64,000 bases of DNA from an uncultured Gammaproteobacteria bacterium (GCA_964503265.1 CAZCYO010000001.1:290064-354063), one strand, 5' to 3'; shown: positions 45,086 through 54,737, counted from the first letter of the stretch. A program made the numbers and translations. The notes: a model not told the origin generated them from the letters alone.

Positions 45086-47224
45086 ATGAGCTTTCCATCG
45101 TATACTGCTGACATAGAAAGGAATAATAAAACTATGACAGCAGCATTTAAATCAGGACAACGTTCACCAATAACCGTAGCACGAGGCGGGGGAGGAAAAG
45201 AAGGATTTTCTTCATCTGTTAAAACATCATTTAGCTCACGAAATGCCTTTACTCCGAAAGAATCAGCTCCAAAGTTCATGAGCACGGGACCTAAAAACCC
45301 ACTACATAGAGAAATCAGTATTGGTAGACCTATGGCTCCAAAAACACCGTTCGCAACTAATTTCTCACATGGTGAGAGATCTACTCCAATGGTACATATA
45401 GACTATAAAAGTGGTCTATTACGTAAAAAAACTCCTAAAGTATCTACTCCAGAAGCCGTTAGTTTCAAAAATACTAAACCTCTAATAGTAGCAAGAGAGC
45501 CAGCAACAGATCGGACCATCGCTAAACCAGAAGCAGTCAAAGCATTCAAAAGTAAAGAATATATAACTCTCTTTGACAGATCTAAGATGAATGGGACACC
45601 TGAAAAAAAAGCTCCTCCTATAATAGGTGCACCTAACCATGGAGTAGAAAAACCTGCTTCTGTAATATCACCACGAACAGCACTACTTAAAGAACGTGCT
45701 GCATTAGCCGCGACATCTATCATTACAGCTCGACCACAGGTAAGTGAAGTAAAACCCACGATCCAAATTCATAAACAGCCTACTGTTCAAGCAGAAAAAC
45801 CACAACAAATACATAAAGCAATTACTCCTGAAAAAACGGGACATGAAATAGTAAAGCCATTCATTCAACCACGACCAGCGATGAGTGAAATTGCAATACA
45901 CATTGTAAAAAATAAAGAGGCTACCCCTGCTAAACAAGTAAGCACTCCACAACTAAAAGCGGCTGAACAAATCACTCTGCAAAGAAACAAATCTCATCTC
46001 AATGAAGAAAAATCACTTACGCAAGTTCGTGAAGCAATAAAACAAGTTACAAAACCAGTTGTACATAGCGAAACAAGAACACCACTCGCTCGACAGCCAG
46101 AAATTACTTTGCAGAAGCCACATAGTCCCTTTTCTGAAAGAACTCAGAAAACTGATACACGAAAAGCAGCACCAGTAGATATTCTTAAAAGACGAGATAT
46201 GCAAAAAATTTCGCAGACTTTAAAACCCACAGTCGCTGTATCCCAAAGTAAACTTCAGGAAATTGAAAGAAGTATCGCTGAACCAAAAGAATTAGATAAA
46301 GCGAAAGAACAAACGCTTCTCACACGATATATCTCAGACTATGTATTACCTAAAATCACTGAACCAAATGGCCAACGCATGCAGAAAGAGTTAGCACATA
46401 AAATGGCCATTCGGATTAAAACGAAATCTCTCATGGATCCAGGAAGTCAAATTGAAGCACAACTTTTAGGTGATGCTAACTCAAACTCTGAACAAGTAAT
46501 GCTTAAAAAAATTGAAGACTTAGTCAGTGAAACCAGAGTTACTGTTCAGTTAGCTAAAATTACAGGAACTGAGCCAGAATTAGCTGAGAAAAAAGCACTC
46601 GTATCTCTCCACAGAAAAATTCAAGAATCTGGTATGACAGACATGTTTGATAAAGTAAAAACGACACTCATGGCAGATCTTATGAAAGACGCGACACAAA
46701 TGCCAGATGTTAAAACAGCTACGAAAGCTGAAGAAGAACTTCCTAATAATAAAATGAAAACCGATGAAGAGGAAGAAGAAAGACATAATCGAACACAGGG
46801 AAGCTTCCAGTCTGTTGAAATTGAACGAGATCCTATCGCAGATAGAGCACGACGTGAATTCTTACGAAATGCTGCTGAACATGCATTTATCGAAGCAGAG
46901 AGTAAAGGCGAACATGAGATTCATGGAGCTGACATCGTCCACGCAGCTGGCAATCCACAAAAAACAGAAATTAAAAGTGAACCAGTAAGATATGATGCGT
47001 TACCTGACTACTCGATAACCGAGACCATGATTGATATTGAGAGAACAAGCAAACCAATTACCTCAATTGAACAAGCTAATGACATTATTAGACGTGAAGT
47101 TGATGATAAAGCGCCAGTTCGACTTCGAAAAAGACCAACGCAAGAAATCCGATATTGGACAGATCTAGTCAGAGTGTTTGGACATCTCTTAACCCCAGCA
47201 GAAATGCATCCGAAAGCTGCATAA
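45086..47224 (+). CDS. Large Lys/Thr/Pro/Glu-rich hypothetical protein (predicted largely disordered)
   Basis: 712 aa with no signal peptide, no TM, low complexity and no catalytic motif. Internal antisense ORFs are treated as artefacts. Confidence 0.4.
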   Translation: MSFPSYTADIERNNKTMTAAFKSGQRSPITVARGGGGKEGFSSSVKTSFSSRNAFTPKESAPKFMSTGPKNPLHREISIGRPMAPKTPFATNFSHGERSTPMVHIDYKSGLLRKKTPKVSTPEAVSFKNTKPLIVAREPATDRTIAKPEAVKAFKSKEYITLFDRSKMNGTPEKKAPPIIGAPNHGVEKPASVISPRTALLKERAALAATSIITARPQVSEVKPTIQIHKQPTVQAEKPQQIHKAITPEKTGHEIVKPFIQPRPAMSEIAIHIVKNKEATPAKQVSTPQLKAAEQITLQRNKSHLNEEKSLTQVREAIKQVTKPVVHSETRTPLARQPEITLQKPHSPFSERTQKTDTRKAAPVDILKRRDMQKISQTLKPTVAVSQSKLQEIERSIAEPKELDKAKEQTLLTRYISDYVLPKITEPNGQRMQKELAHKMAIRIKTKSLMDPGSQIEAQLLGDANSNSEQVMLKKIEDLVSETRVTVQLAKITGTEPELAEKKALVSLHRKIQESGMTDMFDKVKTTLMADLMKDATQMPDVKTATKAEEELPNNKMKTDEEEEERHNRTQGSFQSVEIERDPIADRARREFLRNAAEHAFIEAESKGEHEIHGADIVHAAGNPQKTEIKSEPVRYDALPDYSITETMIDIERTSKPITSIEQANDIIRREVDDKAPVRLRKRPTQEIRYWTDLVRVFGHLLTPAEMHPKAA

Positions 47225-47239
47225 CTAATATCTATTTTC

Positions 47240-47764
47240 CTAGAATAACTCAGGGTGGAGAAAACGAGCGAGTGCAGTAATAACAGCATTTTTATACATA
47301 TCTGAACGAGAAAGAATACCGTTAGTCATAAGACCGAAATGTCCTGTTTTTTGTTTCGAATTCGTTTGATTAAATAACATATCATCCACGATACCTAATT
47401 CATGACCTTTTTGGATTAACTCCATCATTTTTGGGGGAGTTTCCATTTTTATCGTACTTCCAATTCCCTCAATACCTTTTGCGTCTCTGATAACTATCCA
47501 TCCTGAATCAAACCATTTTTCCCCAATTTGTTGTAATCCTCCCTCGAGTCCTACGCCAAAATCTGCTTTAAGAAGTTCACTTGCTTTTCTTGCACGATTT
47601 TTAGCACCGATAATACTTTCTGTATCTGACATCGGTTGATCTGATACTTCAGAACCCACATCATGGCCTTCAACATCCCATACAACATCAGGCCAAACAG
47701 TAGAAAATCCTTCTTTTACTGCGGTTATTTTTACTGGGTTTTTCGAACCGACTGCTACTCTCAT
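47240..47764 (-). CDS. yjjX: Non-canonical purine NTP pyrophosphatase, YjjX family (inosine/xanthosine triphosphatase)
   Basis: VAVGSKNPVKITAV...VEGHDVGSEVSDQPMSDTESIIGAKNRARKA matches the YjjX N-terminal signature. Confidence 0.75.
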   Translation of the reverse strand: MRVAVGSKNPVKITAVKEGFSTVWPDVVWDVEGHDVGSEVSDQPMSDTESIIGAKNRARKASELLKADFGVGLEGGLQQIGEKWFDSGWIVIRDAKGIEGIGSTIKMETPPKMMELIQKGHELGIVDDMLFNQTNSKQKTGHFGLMTNGILSRSDMYKNAVITALARFLHPELF

Positions 47765-47940
47765 TTTCCATCACTTTCTGTATGTAAAGCGTCAATTGCA
47801 TTCATACTTGTTATAAATTCTCTCATTGGCGTACTATGAATACCATCTGACATACATGTTCGTACTATACCAACAATCTATTTTTGAAGAAAGAGGATCT
47901 TACATAACAAATAGAATCAGATCTCAGGTAAAATAGAACT

Positions 47941-48519
47941 ATGAAATGGATAATACAACACCTGACCGCATACTTTCATCGGACTGAAACATATTCAATT
48001 CCAAGAATCATCATCGAGTTTGTCATGTTGGATATTATTGTTACGTTTTTAGCTCAAATAGCTGTGTTTCTTTTTTTAGCTATCGTTATTGTGATCCCCA
48101 CACTAATTTTCAGTCCCCAGACAGATATTAACAGTATGCTGAACTTTCTGAACTTTAGCCAAGACGTTATTACGGAGGCTACCTCTCACTCTCAACTTGC
48201 AACAGCAGCGACGATATTTGCAGTCATCATTGCACCATTTATGGAGACACTTTTCTTTCAAGTTTTGCCAATTACACTTCTTTCACTCGTTACAAAAAAA
48301 AGAGTTTTACTTGTTCTCTTTTCCGCCATTCTCTTTGCACTTGCTCACGTTTATCCATTACTCGTACTCTACATTTTCCCAGGTGGAATTATACTTGCGT
48401 GGTCATATCTGATGCTTATAAAAAGAGTAGGGAAATGGAAAGCATTTCTTGTAACAGTCACAATTCATGCATTATTCAATTTGATTAACTTAATCTGTGC
48501 GATGATCATTGGATATTAA
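47941..48519 (+). CDS. CPBP-family intramembrane metalloprotease (CAAX protease/Abi-like)
   Basis: Motif 1 in FMETLFFQVL (EExxxR-like) and motif 2 in FAILFALAHV (FxxxH). Multi-TM. Confidence 0.7.
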   Translation: MKWIIQHLTAYFHRTETYSIPRIIIEFVMLDIIVTFLAQIAVFLFLAIVIVIPTLIFSPQTDINSMLNFLNFSQDVITEATSHSQLATAATIFAVIIAPFMETLFFQVLPITLLSLVTKKRVLLVLFSAILFALAHVYPLLVLYIFPGGIILAWSYLMLIKRVGKWKAFLVTVTIHALFNLINLICAMIIGY

Positions 48520-49157
48520 GAAGATGAGTACTCTTGAAGCGATTCTATTGCACTTCTCATTTCATCTTTATGAATGACGAATGTAATTTCAGTATAGGTC
48601 GAGACTACCTCAATAATATTTATATGTCTGAGCGCAAGTACACGAACAAGTGAATAAATCGTATTTGGCACTTGAATATATTGATCAGAAAATCGAACTG
48701 ACAGTGCAACAAGATCAGTTAGCGTTACTTTTGGTGACAGATGAATTATTGAGAGAACTTCTTCTTTTAAATACTCAGAACAAATAATAGTAATCTCGTG
48801 CATTCCTTGAGTAATAGTAAAAAATTCAGCTGTTTTTTCAAATCGAGAGGTAACTGATAGGATTTGAGTGAGACTTTCCTGTGTTCGTTCATAGGTTATT
48901 TCACATAATGCAGATGTGACAGAGAACCGATCGATGCGAACAACGGGTGCCAATTCTTTTTTCTGCAGTCCATCGGAAAGCCGAGTTAATGCCACGACGA
49001 TACTTCCCATTTGCACAGGTTTCATACATACATTTTCGACTCGTGTATGGATAGTTTTGGCATACGAAGAAAGATTAATAATTCCTTTTTGGATTCCTTC
49101 AATCACATATCCATCATGGAGAACAATCGTTTTAACAGCATCAGTTATTTTTATCAT
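48516..49157 (-). CDS. Hypothetical protein
   Basis: 213 aa with no recognised motif. Confidence 0.35.
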   Translation of the reverse strand: MIKITDAVKTIVLHDGYVIEGIQKGIINLSSYAKTIHTRVENVCMKPVQMGSIVVALTRLSDGLQKKELAPVVRIDRFSVTSALCEITYERTQESLTQILSVTSRFEKTAEFFTITQGMHEITIICSEYLKEEVLSIIHLSPKVTLTDLVALSVRFSDQYIQVPNTIYSLVRVLALRHINIIEVVSTYTEITFVIHKDEMRSAIESLQEYSSS

Positions 49158-49337
49158 TTGTTTATTTTATTACATTTAGTAATAAATCTGTATAATTATA
49201 GCAAAAATTTTACTTAAAATACTACTTTTGCTTAAATACTCATAAGGAAATGCGCATTTCTTTGCCTAGTAGTCTAATAGGCAAACGCTCTTCACTAGCG
49301 AAGAGATGTGTGATAGACACATAAAGGAGATCAGATC

Positions 49338-49571
49338 ATGGCTGGATTCAAACGAGAGATCGTTTTCACAGGCAATCGAAATATGTCCAAAAAAGACACG
49401 ATTGCGTACGCAAAACAGTGTCTTGTACGAGTCTATAGGGGTGATGTCGCTGCAATGCACGACCTGTGGTTCATTGTGAATGTACTAGGGGTTTTCCCCG
49501 AAGAATTTAATGCGAACCCAGAAAAGATAGCGAACAACCCATATTTTAGGAGCCTTGAAACTCTGGTCTAA
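49338..49571 (+). CDS. Hypothetical small protein
   Basis: 77 aa ORF followed by a GC hairpin GGGGCTGGGAG...CTCCCGGCCCC. Confidence 0.3.
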   Translation: MAGFKREIVFTGNRNMSKKDTIAYAKQCLVRVYRGDVAAMHDLWFIVNVLGVFPEEFNANPEKIANNPYFRSLETLV

Positions 49572-49743
49572 ATCATCGGGGCTGGGAGATTTTCTCCCGG
49601 CCCCACCATTCCGAACAATAAACGCGCAATTCCTTGCCTGCTGTCTTCCAGGCAAGTGCTTCTCAATCGCGAGAAGTGACATACGAGAAGAATGAAAGGC
49701 TTCTCAATGAAGATATTTATGTTTATGAACAAGGAGAAATACT

Positions 49744-50184
49744 ATGCTGACGATGAACGAGCTTGGCAAGCGGCTGGAAGCGTTCTTTGGTGCAGGAGTC
49801 GAAATTGATCTTACAAACCGGAATCAAGTCATTCTCCAGGGAGATGGCTTCTGGATCCGATTTGAAAGGGAAGAAGGATATGCACCACGGTCTGGTTCTG
49901 GGGGTGGGTATTATGCTCATCTTTGGATTCAGCTGCTCCCTGAATCTGGGTATTTTATTCAACCTCACCCAGAAGAATTGAATCGTCTGGTGAAGCGGTA
50001 TAGTTTCAGGTTTGCTGACTACCTCTCGACATGCCTTCAAGGAGGAGGTCTTGGACGTGGGAAGGGACCTGAATGGCCGCTCGCATTTACGGACACTGGG
50101 GATGATAGGTGGTGGCAATTTCCGCCTGATATCTATCGAATTCAGTTAGTTCTTAACACAGCATACCGTCTCCTTCAGGATTAA
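49744..50184 (+). CDS. Hypothetical protein (GC-rich, about 55% GC)
   Basis: 146 aa with a strong composition shift versus its neighbours. Confidence 0.4.
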   Translation: MLTMNELGKRLEAFFGAGVEIDLTNRNQVILQGDGFWIRFEREEGYAPRSGSGGGYYAHLWIQLLPESGYFIQPHPEELNRLVKRYSFRFADYLSTCLQGGGLGRGKGPEWPLAFTDTGDDRWWQFPPDIYRIQLVLNTAYRLLQD

Positions 50185-50223
50185 GACAAGGGCGGGGCAT
50201 AATTGTCCCGCCCAAAATACATG

Positions 50224-50619
50224 TTATTCTTGTCCGACGACTACTGTTTTATATCCTTTAGCACGCCAAGCAAGTAATCCACTTTTCATATCAAACACAT
50301 GTATATAGCCTAACTTCTGTAACTCCTGAACCGCGACGGCACTTCGAGATCCACTAAGACAATAAACAAATAGTCGCTGTTCTTTATCAGATAAGACTGT
50401 TTTATATGTTGCAGCAATATCACTCACAGGAAGATTTATACTTCCTTCTATGTGACCTCTAGCATATTCATCAGGCGTACGAACATCCAAAACAACTAAC
50501 TGCTCCTGCTGATCGATAGCTTTTTTTACTTCTTCTACATCTACTGATGGCACTTGCGTGAATCCAAACATAGATGTATTGTAACTAACTTTCTTTATGA
50601 ATACATTGATTAAAGTCAC
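50224..50619 (-). CDS. Rhodanese-domain sulfurtransferase
   Basis: VLDVRTPDEYARGHIEGSINLP and the active-site loop YCLSGSRS. Confidence 0.85.
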   Translation of the reverse strand: MTLINVFIKKVSYNTSMFGFTQVPSVDVEEVKKAIDQQEQLVVLDVRTPDEYARGHIEGSINLPVSDIAATYKTVLSDKEQRLFVYCLSGSRSAVAVQELQKLGYIHVFDMKSGLLAWRAKGYKTVVVGQE

Positions 50620-50716
50620 ACATACATTAATCAGATTCGGTTAATTTTTTGTTGAAGTAGGAGGAAAAGCTGTTAAAGAAACAACAAAGCTTTTTGGAGA
50701 ATAATCGTATAGTAAA

Positions 50717-50788
50717 GCAAAAAGGCGCTGTGGTGTAGTAATCCTGTTAAAACAGGAGAACTTACTTCTTTCGAAGTACCACAACGCC
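50717..50788 (-). terminator. Complex hairpin + U-tract terminator candidate downstream of 50816..51487
   Basis: Minus strand: GGCGTTGTGGTA ... TACCACAGCGCC with a nested CCTGTT/AACAGG hairpin, followed by TTTTTGCTTT. Confidence 0.45.
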
Positions 50789-50815
50789 TCGTTGCACTAT
50801 TCAGTTGTATCTTTT

Positions 50816-51487
50816 TTATATCCTCCATCCGTACGAGCTCATCTGCGATTTGACCGAACCAATACACTCCGGCGTGATCATTGGGACCATGTGGCCCCAT
50901 ACCTCACCGTAGTGGGGATTTAGTTCGGGACGGGTGAACATCATGCGTTCACCCATGGCGTCCACAGCCGTGGGCTCGTCTTCGTCGATCAACGAGCAGG
51001 CCAGCCAATGGGCCACCAGCGGAAGATTTCCCTCCTGGAGACTGCTCAGCATTTCTGCGATCCACCCCTGCCAGTTGCCAGGAGCTTTTTGCTGATATTC
51101 CAAATCCTGGAGGTACTTTTGGGCCCTCAGCACGAAGTCAAGGACGTCGTAGCTGACCTTCCAGTGGGAGTTTGGCTTGAGCAAATGCTCACGCCAAGTC
51201 TCCTTCTGGAGATAGCTGATGGTTTCATCAAGCGTGCTCCAGACCAGAGTGGTCTGAAACATGCTCATGAAATTTTCGATGTTCTTCTTTCGCTCGAGAA
51301 GCTTCACCCCGAGGGGCTTAGCCTCCACGATAACGAAGGAATACTCCTCTTCCTTCTTCTTTTTGAGGAGAAGGACGGTCGTGCCGTTCGTGAGGTCCTG
51401 CTTCATGAGGATCTGAAAGAAAAGGTAACGGAACAAGTCGAAGACGTTGCTGGCATGGACGATTGCCCACCGGACGTTCGAGTTCAT
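50816..51487 (-). CDS. Hypothetical protein (GC-rich, about 50% GC)
   Basis: Start placed at the M of MNSNVRW, with AAGGAG 6 nt upstream. The track ORF extends to the GTG at 51517. Confidence 0.4.
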   Translation of the reverse strand: MNSNVRWAIVHASNVFDLFRYLFFQILMKQDLTNGTTVLLLKKKKEEEYSFVIVEAKPLGVKLLERKKNIENFMSMFQTTLVWSTLDETISYLQKETWREHLLKPNSHWKVSYDVLDFVLRAQKYLQDLEYQQKAPGNWQGWIAEMLSSLQEGNLPLVAHWLACSLIDEDEPTAVDAMGERMMFTRPELNPHYGEVWGHMVPMITPECIGSVKSQMSSYGWRI

Positions 51488-51519
51488 TTCATACTCCTTT
51501 TCTAATCCTTGCGCCACAA

Positions 51520-51563
51520 ATAGGCAGCTTTCTAGGTACGTCTATACCTAAAAAGCTACCTAT
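51520..51563 (-). promoter_or_regulatory. Imperfect 19-bp-arm palindrome (operator candidate) upstream of 50816..51487
   Basis: ATAGGCAGCTTTCTAGGTA-cgtcta-TACCTAAAAAGCTACCTAT, with 17 of 19 arm positions complementary, located 33-76 nt upstream of the start. Confidence 0.35.
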
Positions 51564-51773
51564 TATGTAACTCTAAAAAGATACTAACTGTAAACGTGCA
51601 AAAAATTACATAGTAAGGAAAAATACTCTTGCAAACAAGAGCCATACCTTTATATGTGGGTATGATTATACTAAAAATAAAGACAAAATACAATACTATA
51701 AGATGTTTAATGCCATTTATGATAACGATGGCCAAATTTTAATTTGGGAATTTACAAATAAAACAGAACTTTG

Positions 51774-51845
51774 TGAGCCAGGGGGGACTCGAACCTCCAA
51801 CCGATTCCTTAAGAGGGAATTGCTCTACCATTGAGCTACTGGCCC
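51774..51845 (-). tRNA. tRNA-Lys (anticodon CUU)
   Basis: Reverse complement GGGCCAGTAGCTCAATGGTAGAGCAATTCCCTCTTAAGGAATCGGTTGGAGGTTCGAGTCCCCCCTGGCTCA. Anticodon loop CTCTTAA. One A.C mismatch in the T stem. Confidence 0.8.
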
Positions 51846-51906
51846 TGTCCGCCATTGTCTGCGACTTCAGGCGCTGACAGGCGGGCCTGAGTAATAATGG
51901 CATTAA

Positions 51907-52143
51907 CTATATTCTAGATTTCAAAAAATTTCTTCCAAATCCAGTTTTGAGATATTTTTCTCTTTTAATCGCTTTATTCTCATCCAAGCAGGCTTCGTAA
52001 TAAATTAATTCTAAAGGTGTCCTACTTTTTGTGGAAATAACTAAGCCTTTATTATGCTCATTCAATCTCTTTTTGAGATCTCCAGTAAAGCCAATATAGA
52101 TGTTATTATCTTTTTTACTTCGTAACACATATGTATAAAACAT
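51907..52143 (-). CDS. GIY-YIG nuclease family protein (UPF0213-like, 78 aa), second copy
   Basis: FYTYVLRS...IYIGFTGDLKKRLNEHN. Lies 61 nt from tRNA-Lys(CUU). Confidence 0.85.
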   Translation of the reverse strand: MFYTYVLRSKKDNNIYIGFTGDLKKRLNEHNKGLVISTKSRTPLELIYYEACLDENKAIKREKYLKTGFGRNFLKSRI

Positions 52144-52373
52144 ATGAATAGAATTACCTTCTGGTGTATTTTACCAAAAATGGGATAAAAATTCATTAGG
52201 AATGAGTAATTTTCTTACTTACCTCGATTAAATCGGGACTTGACAGCTCTGCTGTTCTATTCCACACTAACTATATATCGAATTTATAGACGGAAGATGT
52301 ACTGAGAATTACTATGTAATATCTCAGCATCGCTTGTTATTTATAGATTATTAATCTAGGAAAGCGAGGTGAA

Positions 52374-52589
52374 ATGAATATGAAAATGCTCCATATGGTT
52401 GCTTTTGCGCTCGTAGTTGTAGGCGCTGTAAACTGGGGACTAGTCGGTCTTTTCGACATGAACCTAGTAAATGCACTTCTTGGGTCAATGATGGGTCTTG
52501 AAAAACTCGTCTATGTCCTCGTCGGCGCGTCAGGTGTGTATCTCGCATTTACTCACATGAGTGATTGCAAAACCTGCAAAATGAAGTAA
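52374..52589 (+). CDS. DUF378-family small membrane protein
   Basis: MVAFALVVVGAVNWGLVGLFDMNLV...YVLVGASGVYL matches the DUF378 NWGLVG signature. Confidence 0.55.
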   Translation: MNMKMLHMVAFALVVVGAVNWGLVGLFDMNLVNALLGSMMGLEKLVYVLVGASGVYLAFTHMSDCKTCKMK

Positions 52590-52611
52590 TTATTTATTAC
52601 TCGCTCGTGTC

Positions 52612-52647
52612 AAATCTCGTCCATTTATATGGGCGAGATTTTTTTGT
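52612..52647 (+). terminator. Rho-independent terminator
   Basis: AAATCTCGTCC-ATTTATAT-GGGCGAGATT followed by TTTTTTT. Confidence 0.65.
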
Positions 52648-52654
52648 GAAAGAT

Positions 52655-52683
52655 TTGAATTAGCCTTGTCCCTTTGATACAAT
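52655..52683 (+). promoter_or_regulatory. Sigma70-like promoter TTGAAT-17-TACAAT for tRNA-Arg
   Basis: The -10 ends 7 nt before the mature tRNA 5' end. Confidence 0.45.
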
Positions 52684-52690
52684 ACACATA

Positions 52691-52764
52691 TGCATCCGTA
52701 GCTCAGTGGATTAGAGCATCTCGCTTCGGACGAGAGGGTCGGGGGTTCGAGTCCCTCCGGGTGC
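52691..52764 (+). tRNA. tRNA-Arg (anticodon UCG)
   Basis: GCATCCGTAGCTCAGTGGATTAGAGCATCTCGCTTCGGACGAGAGGGTCGGGGGTTCGAGTCCCTCCGGGTGCA. Anticodon loop CTTCGGA. Confidence 0.85.
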
Positions 52765-52818
52765 ACATCGTTAATTTACCCTCTTTCTTTATCCTTCATT
52801 TTTTTCTACTATAGATGT

Positions 52819-53883
52819 ATGGATTCCATGCATCTTCGATCTCGATTTTCTTCATTTTTTACCTGGGCTCGGAATAATAAAAAAGTTTCTATTCCACTCC
52901 TTATTATCTTCATTGGATTTATTGTTATTTTTCGTCCCAAAAATGCACCAGTTATTGATACTGAGAAAGTGACTCGAGGAGATGTCGTGGTTTCAATTTC
53001 AGGAACAGGAACTGTTAATTCTGATACCGCTGTTAATCTTTCATTTTTAGCCAGTGGAAAAGTAACATATCTCGGTGTAAAACAAGGAGATAAAGTAAAA
53101 CCATTACAAACAATTGCCACACTTGATCAGCGAAGTGTCCAGAAAAACTTAGAAAGTTCACTTCGTGATTACTCAAAAGAAAGAAATGACTTTGAACAAA
53201 CCAAACAAAATAATGGTAACGCCACACCCCAAACAGCAGCTACTGAACAGATAAGACGGATTTTAGAAGATAATCAGTATGATTTAGATAAATCTGTTAT
53301 TTCAGTTGAACTCCAAACGCTCGCTAAAGAAAACTCTGTCTTAACAACACCTATTGGTGGAGTTGTCGTTCGAGCAGATATAAAAAGTGCTGGAGTAAAT
53401 ATCACACCAGCGACTGTATTTACGATCGCAGACCCAGATCATCTATCGTTAGATATCGAAGTTGATGAGGCAGATATAGGAAAAGTTACGTTATCGAACG
53501 TTGTGAAAGCATCCCTTGATGCATTTCCTGATCAACTGTTAACACTCGCAATTTCAGATATCGACTTTGCTAGTCACTCTACAAGTACTGGAGGAACAGT
53601 CTATACAGTTCATGCATCACTTCCAGAAAATACTGATGGAAAATATCGTGCTGGAATGAGTGGGGATGCAGATATTATTCTCCAGGAAAGAAGAAATGTT
53701 CTAAAAATCCCATTATCTGCAGTAATAAATAACGATATTGTGTATATACAAAATGGTAAAACATTTGAAAAAAGACAGGTGACACTTGGACTTAAAAATG
53801 ACACAGATGTTGAAATAATAGACGGACTTAATCTAGGTGATGTTATCGCTATTCAACCTGATCAGGTACAGATAACGAAATAG
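52819..53883 (+). CDS. HlyD/MacA-family periplasmic adaptor (membrane fusion protein)
   Basis: N-terminal TM, a beta-barrel/lipoyl-like GDKVKPLQTIATLDQ, and coiled-coil segments. Precedes an ABC ATPase and an FtsX-like permease. Confidence 0.65.
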   Translation: MDSMHLRSRFSSFFTWARNNKKVSIPLLIIFIGFIVIFRPKNAPVIDTEKVTRGDVVVSISGTGTVNSDTAVNLSFLASGKVTYLGVKQGDKVKPLQTIATLDQRSVQKNLESSLRDYSKERNDFEQTKQNNGNATPQTAATEQIRRILEDNQYDLDKSVISVELQTLAKENSVLTTPIGGVVVRADIKSAGVNITPATVFTIADPDHLSLDIEVDEADIGKVTLSNVVKASLDAFPDQLLTLAISDIDFASHSTSTGGTVYTVHASLPENTDGKYRAGMSGDADIILQERRNVLKIPLSAVINNDIVYIQNGKTFEKRQVTLGLKNDTDVEIIDGLNLGDVIAIQPDQVQITK

Positions 53884-53914
53884 TACGTCTCGCCTCAATC
53901 CATGATAATCCGAT

Positions 53915-54604
53915 ATGGCTAAAAAAATAATTATCTCCCTTAAAGAAATCACTAAAGACTATACATCTGGTGACATCATCACACACGTACTTAACTCAGT
54001 ATCACTTGATATCTATCAAGGTGAATTTATCGCGATTACAGGTCCATCAGGTTCTGGAAAATCTACGTTACTTAATATTTTAGGCTTACTTGATAACGCG
54101 ACAGGAGGAACATATATTCTTAACGGAACTAATGTAACATCTCTTTCAGAAGATGAACAATCATATTTTCGTAATAAAGAAATAGGATTTGTGTTCCAGT
54201 CGTTTAACTTACTACAACGCTCGTCAGCACTTGAGAATGTCGTCCTTCCATCTATTTATGCAGGAGTGAAAAAAGAAGAACGAGAAAAAAGAGGGATAAC
54301 GCTACTCACACAAGTAGGACTTGGAGATCACATATATAAAAAACCAAATCAATTATCTGGTGGACAACAACAACGAGTAGCAATCGCTCGCTCTCTGATG
54401 AATAATCCAAATATTATTTTAGCTGATGAACCGACAGGAAATTTAGATACGAAATCTGGAATTGATGTAATGAATATAGTGAAGTCACTCAACAAAGAAG
54501 GGAAAACAATTATTATGATTACGCATGAAAAGGATATCGCAGAGCAAGCACAAAAAATTGTATTTATTCGAGACGGACAGATCACGAAGGAAGGGAAGAT
54601 CTAA
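53915..54604 (+). CDS. ABC transporter ATP-binding protein (MacB/LolD-like)
   Basis: Walker [10 protein letters not shown], signature [15 protein letters not shown], Walker [13 protein letters not shown]. Confidence 0.9.
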   Translation: MAKKIIISLKEITKDYTSGDIITHVLNSVSLDIYQGEFIAITGPSGSGKSTLLNILGLLDNATGGTYILNGTNVTSLSEDEQSYFRNKEIGFVFQSFNLLQRSSALENVVLPSIYAGVKKEEREKRGITLLTQVGLGDHIYKKPNQLSGGQQQRVAIARSLMNNPNIILADEPTGNLDTKSGIDVMNIVKSLNKEGKTIIMITHEKDIAEQAQKIVFIRDGQITKEGKI

Positions 54605-54606
54605 TA

Positions 54607-54700
54607 TGTCATTCTGGGAAACAGCGATATCAGTTTTCTTGATTATTTCGTTGCACTGCAAACAAGCTGTCATCCCCGACCTGATCGGGGATCCAGAATT
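54607..54700 (+). repeat. Nested hairpin-repeat copies between ABC ATPase and permease genes
   Basis: Outer TGTCATTCTGGG...CCAGAATTACA. Inner TGTCATCCCCGACCTGATCGGGGATCCAG at 54668-54696. Confidence 0.5.
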
Positions 54701-54737
54701 ACAATAGATCCGCCAACTGGCGGAAGACAAATAAACT

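Noticed and set aside
45403-47289. Multiple minus-strand ORFs (45403-45759, 45704-45952, 46013-46204, 46580-46786, 47008-47289) within the 712-aa gene
   Set aside because: They are short and low-complexity reflections of the biased plus-strand codon usage. The long plus-strand ORF is the parsimonious model.
50673-50900. 75-aa minus-strand ORF overlapping the terminator hairpin region
   Set aside because: It covers the nested-hairpin terminator and the end of the upstream gene, and most likely is not coding.
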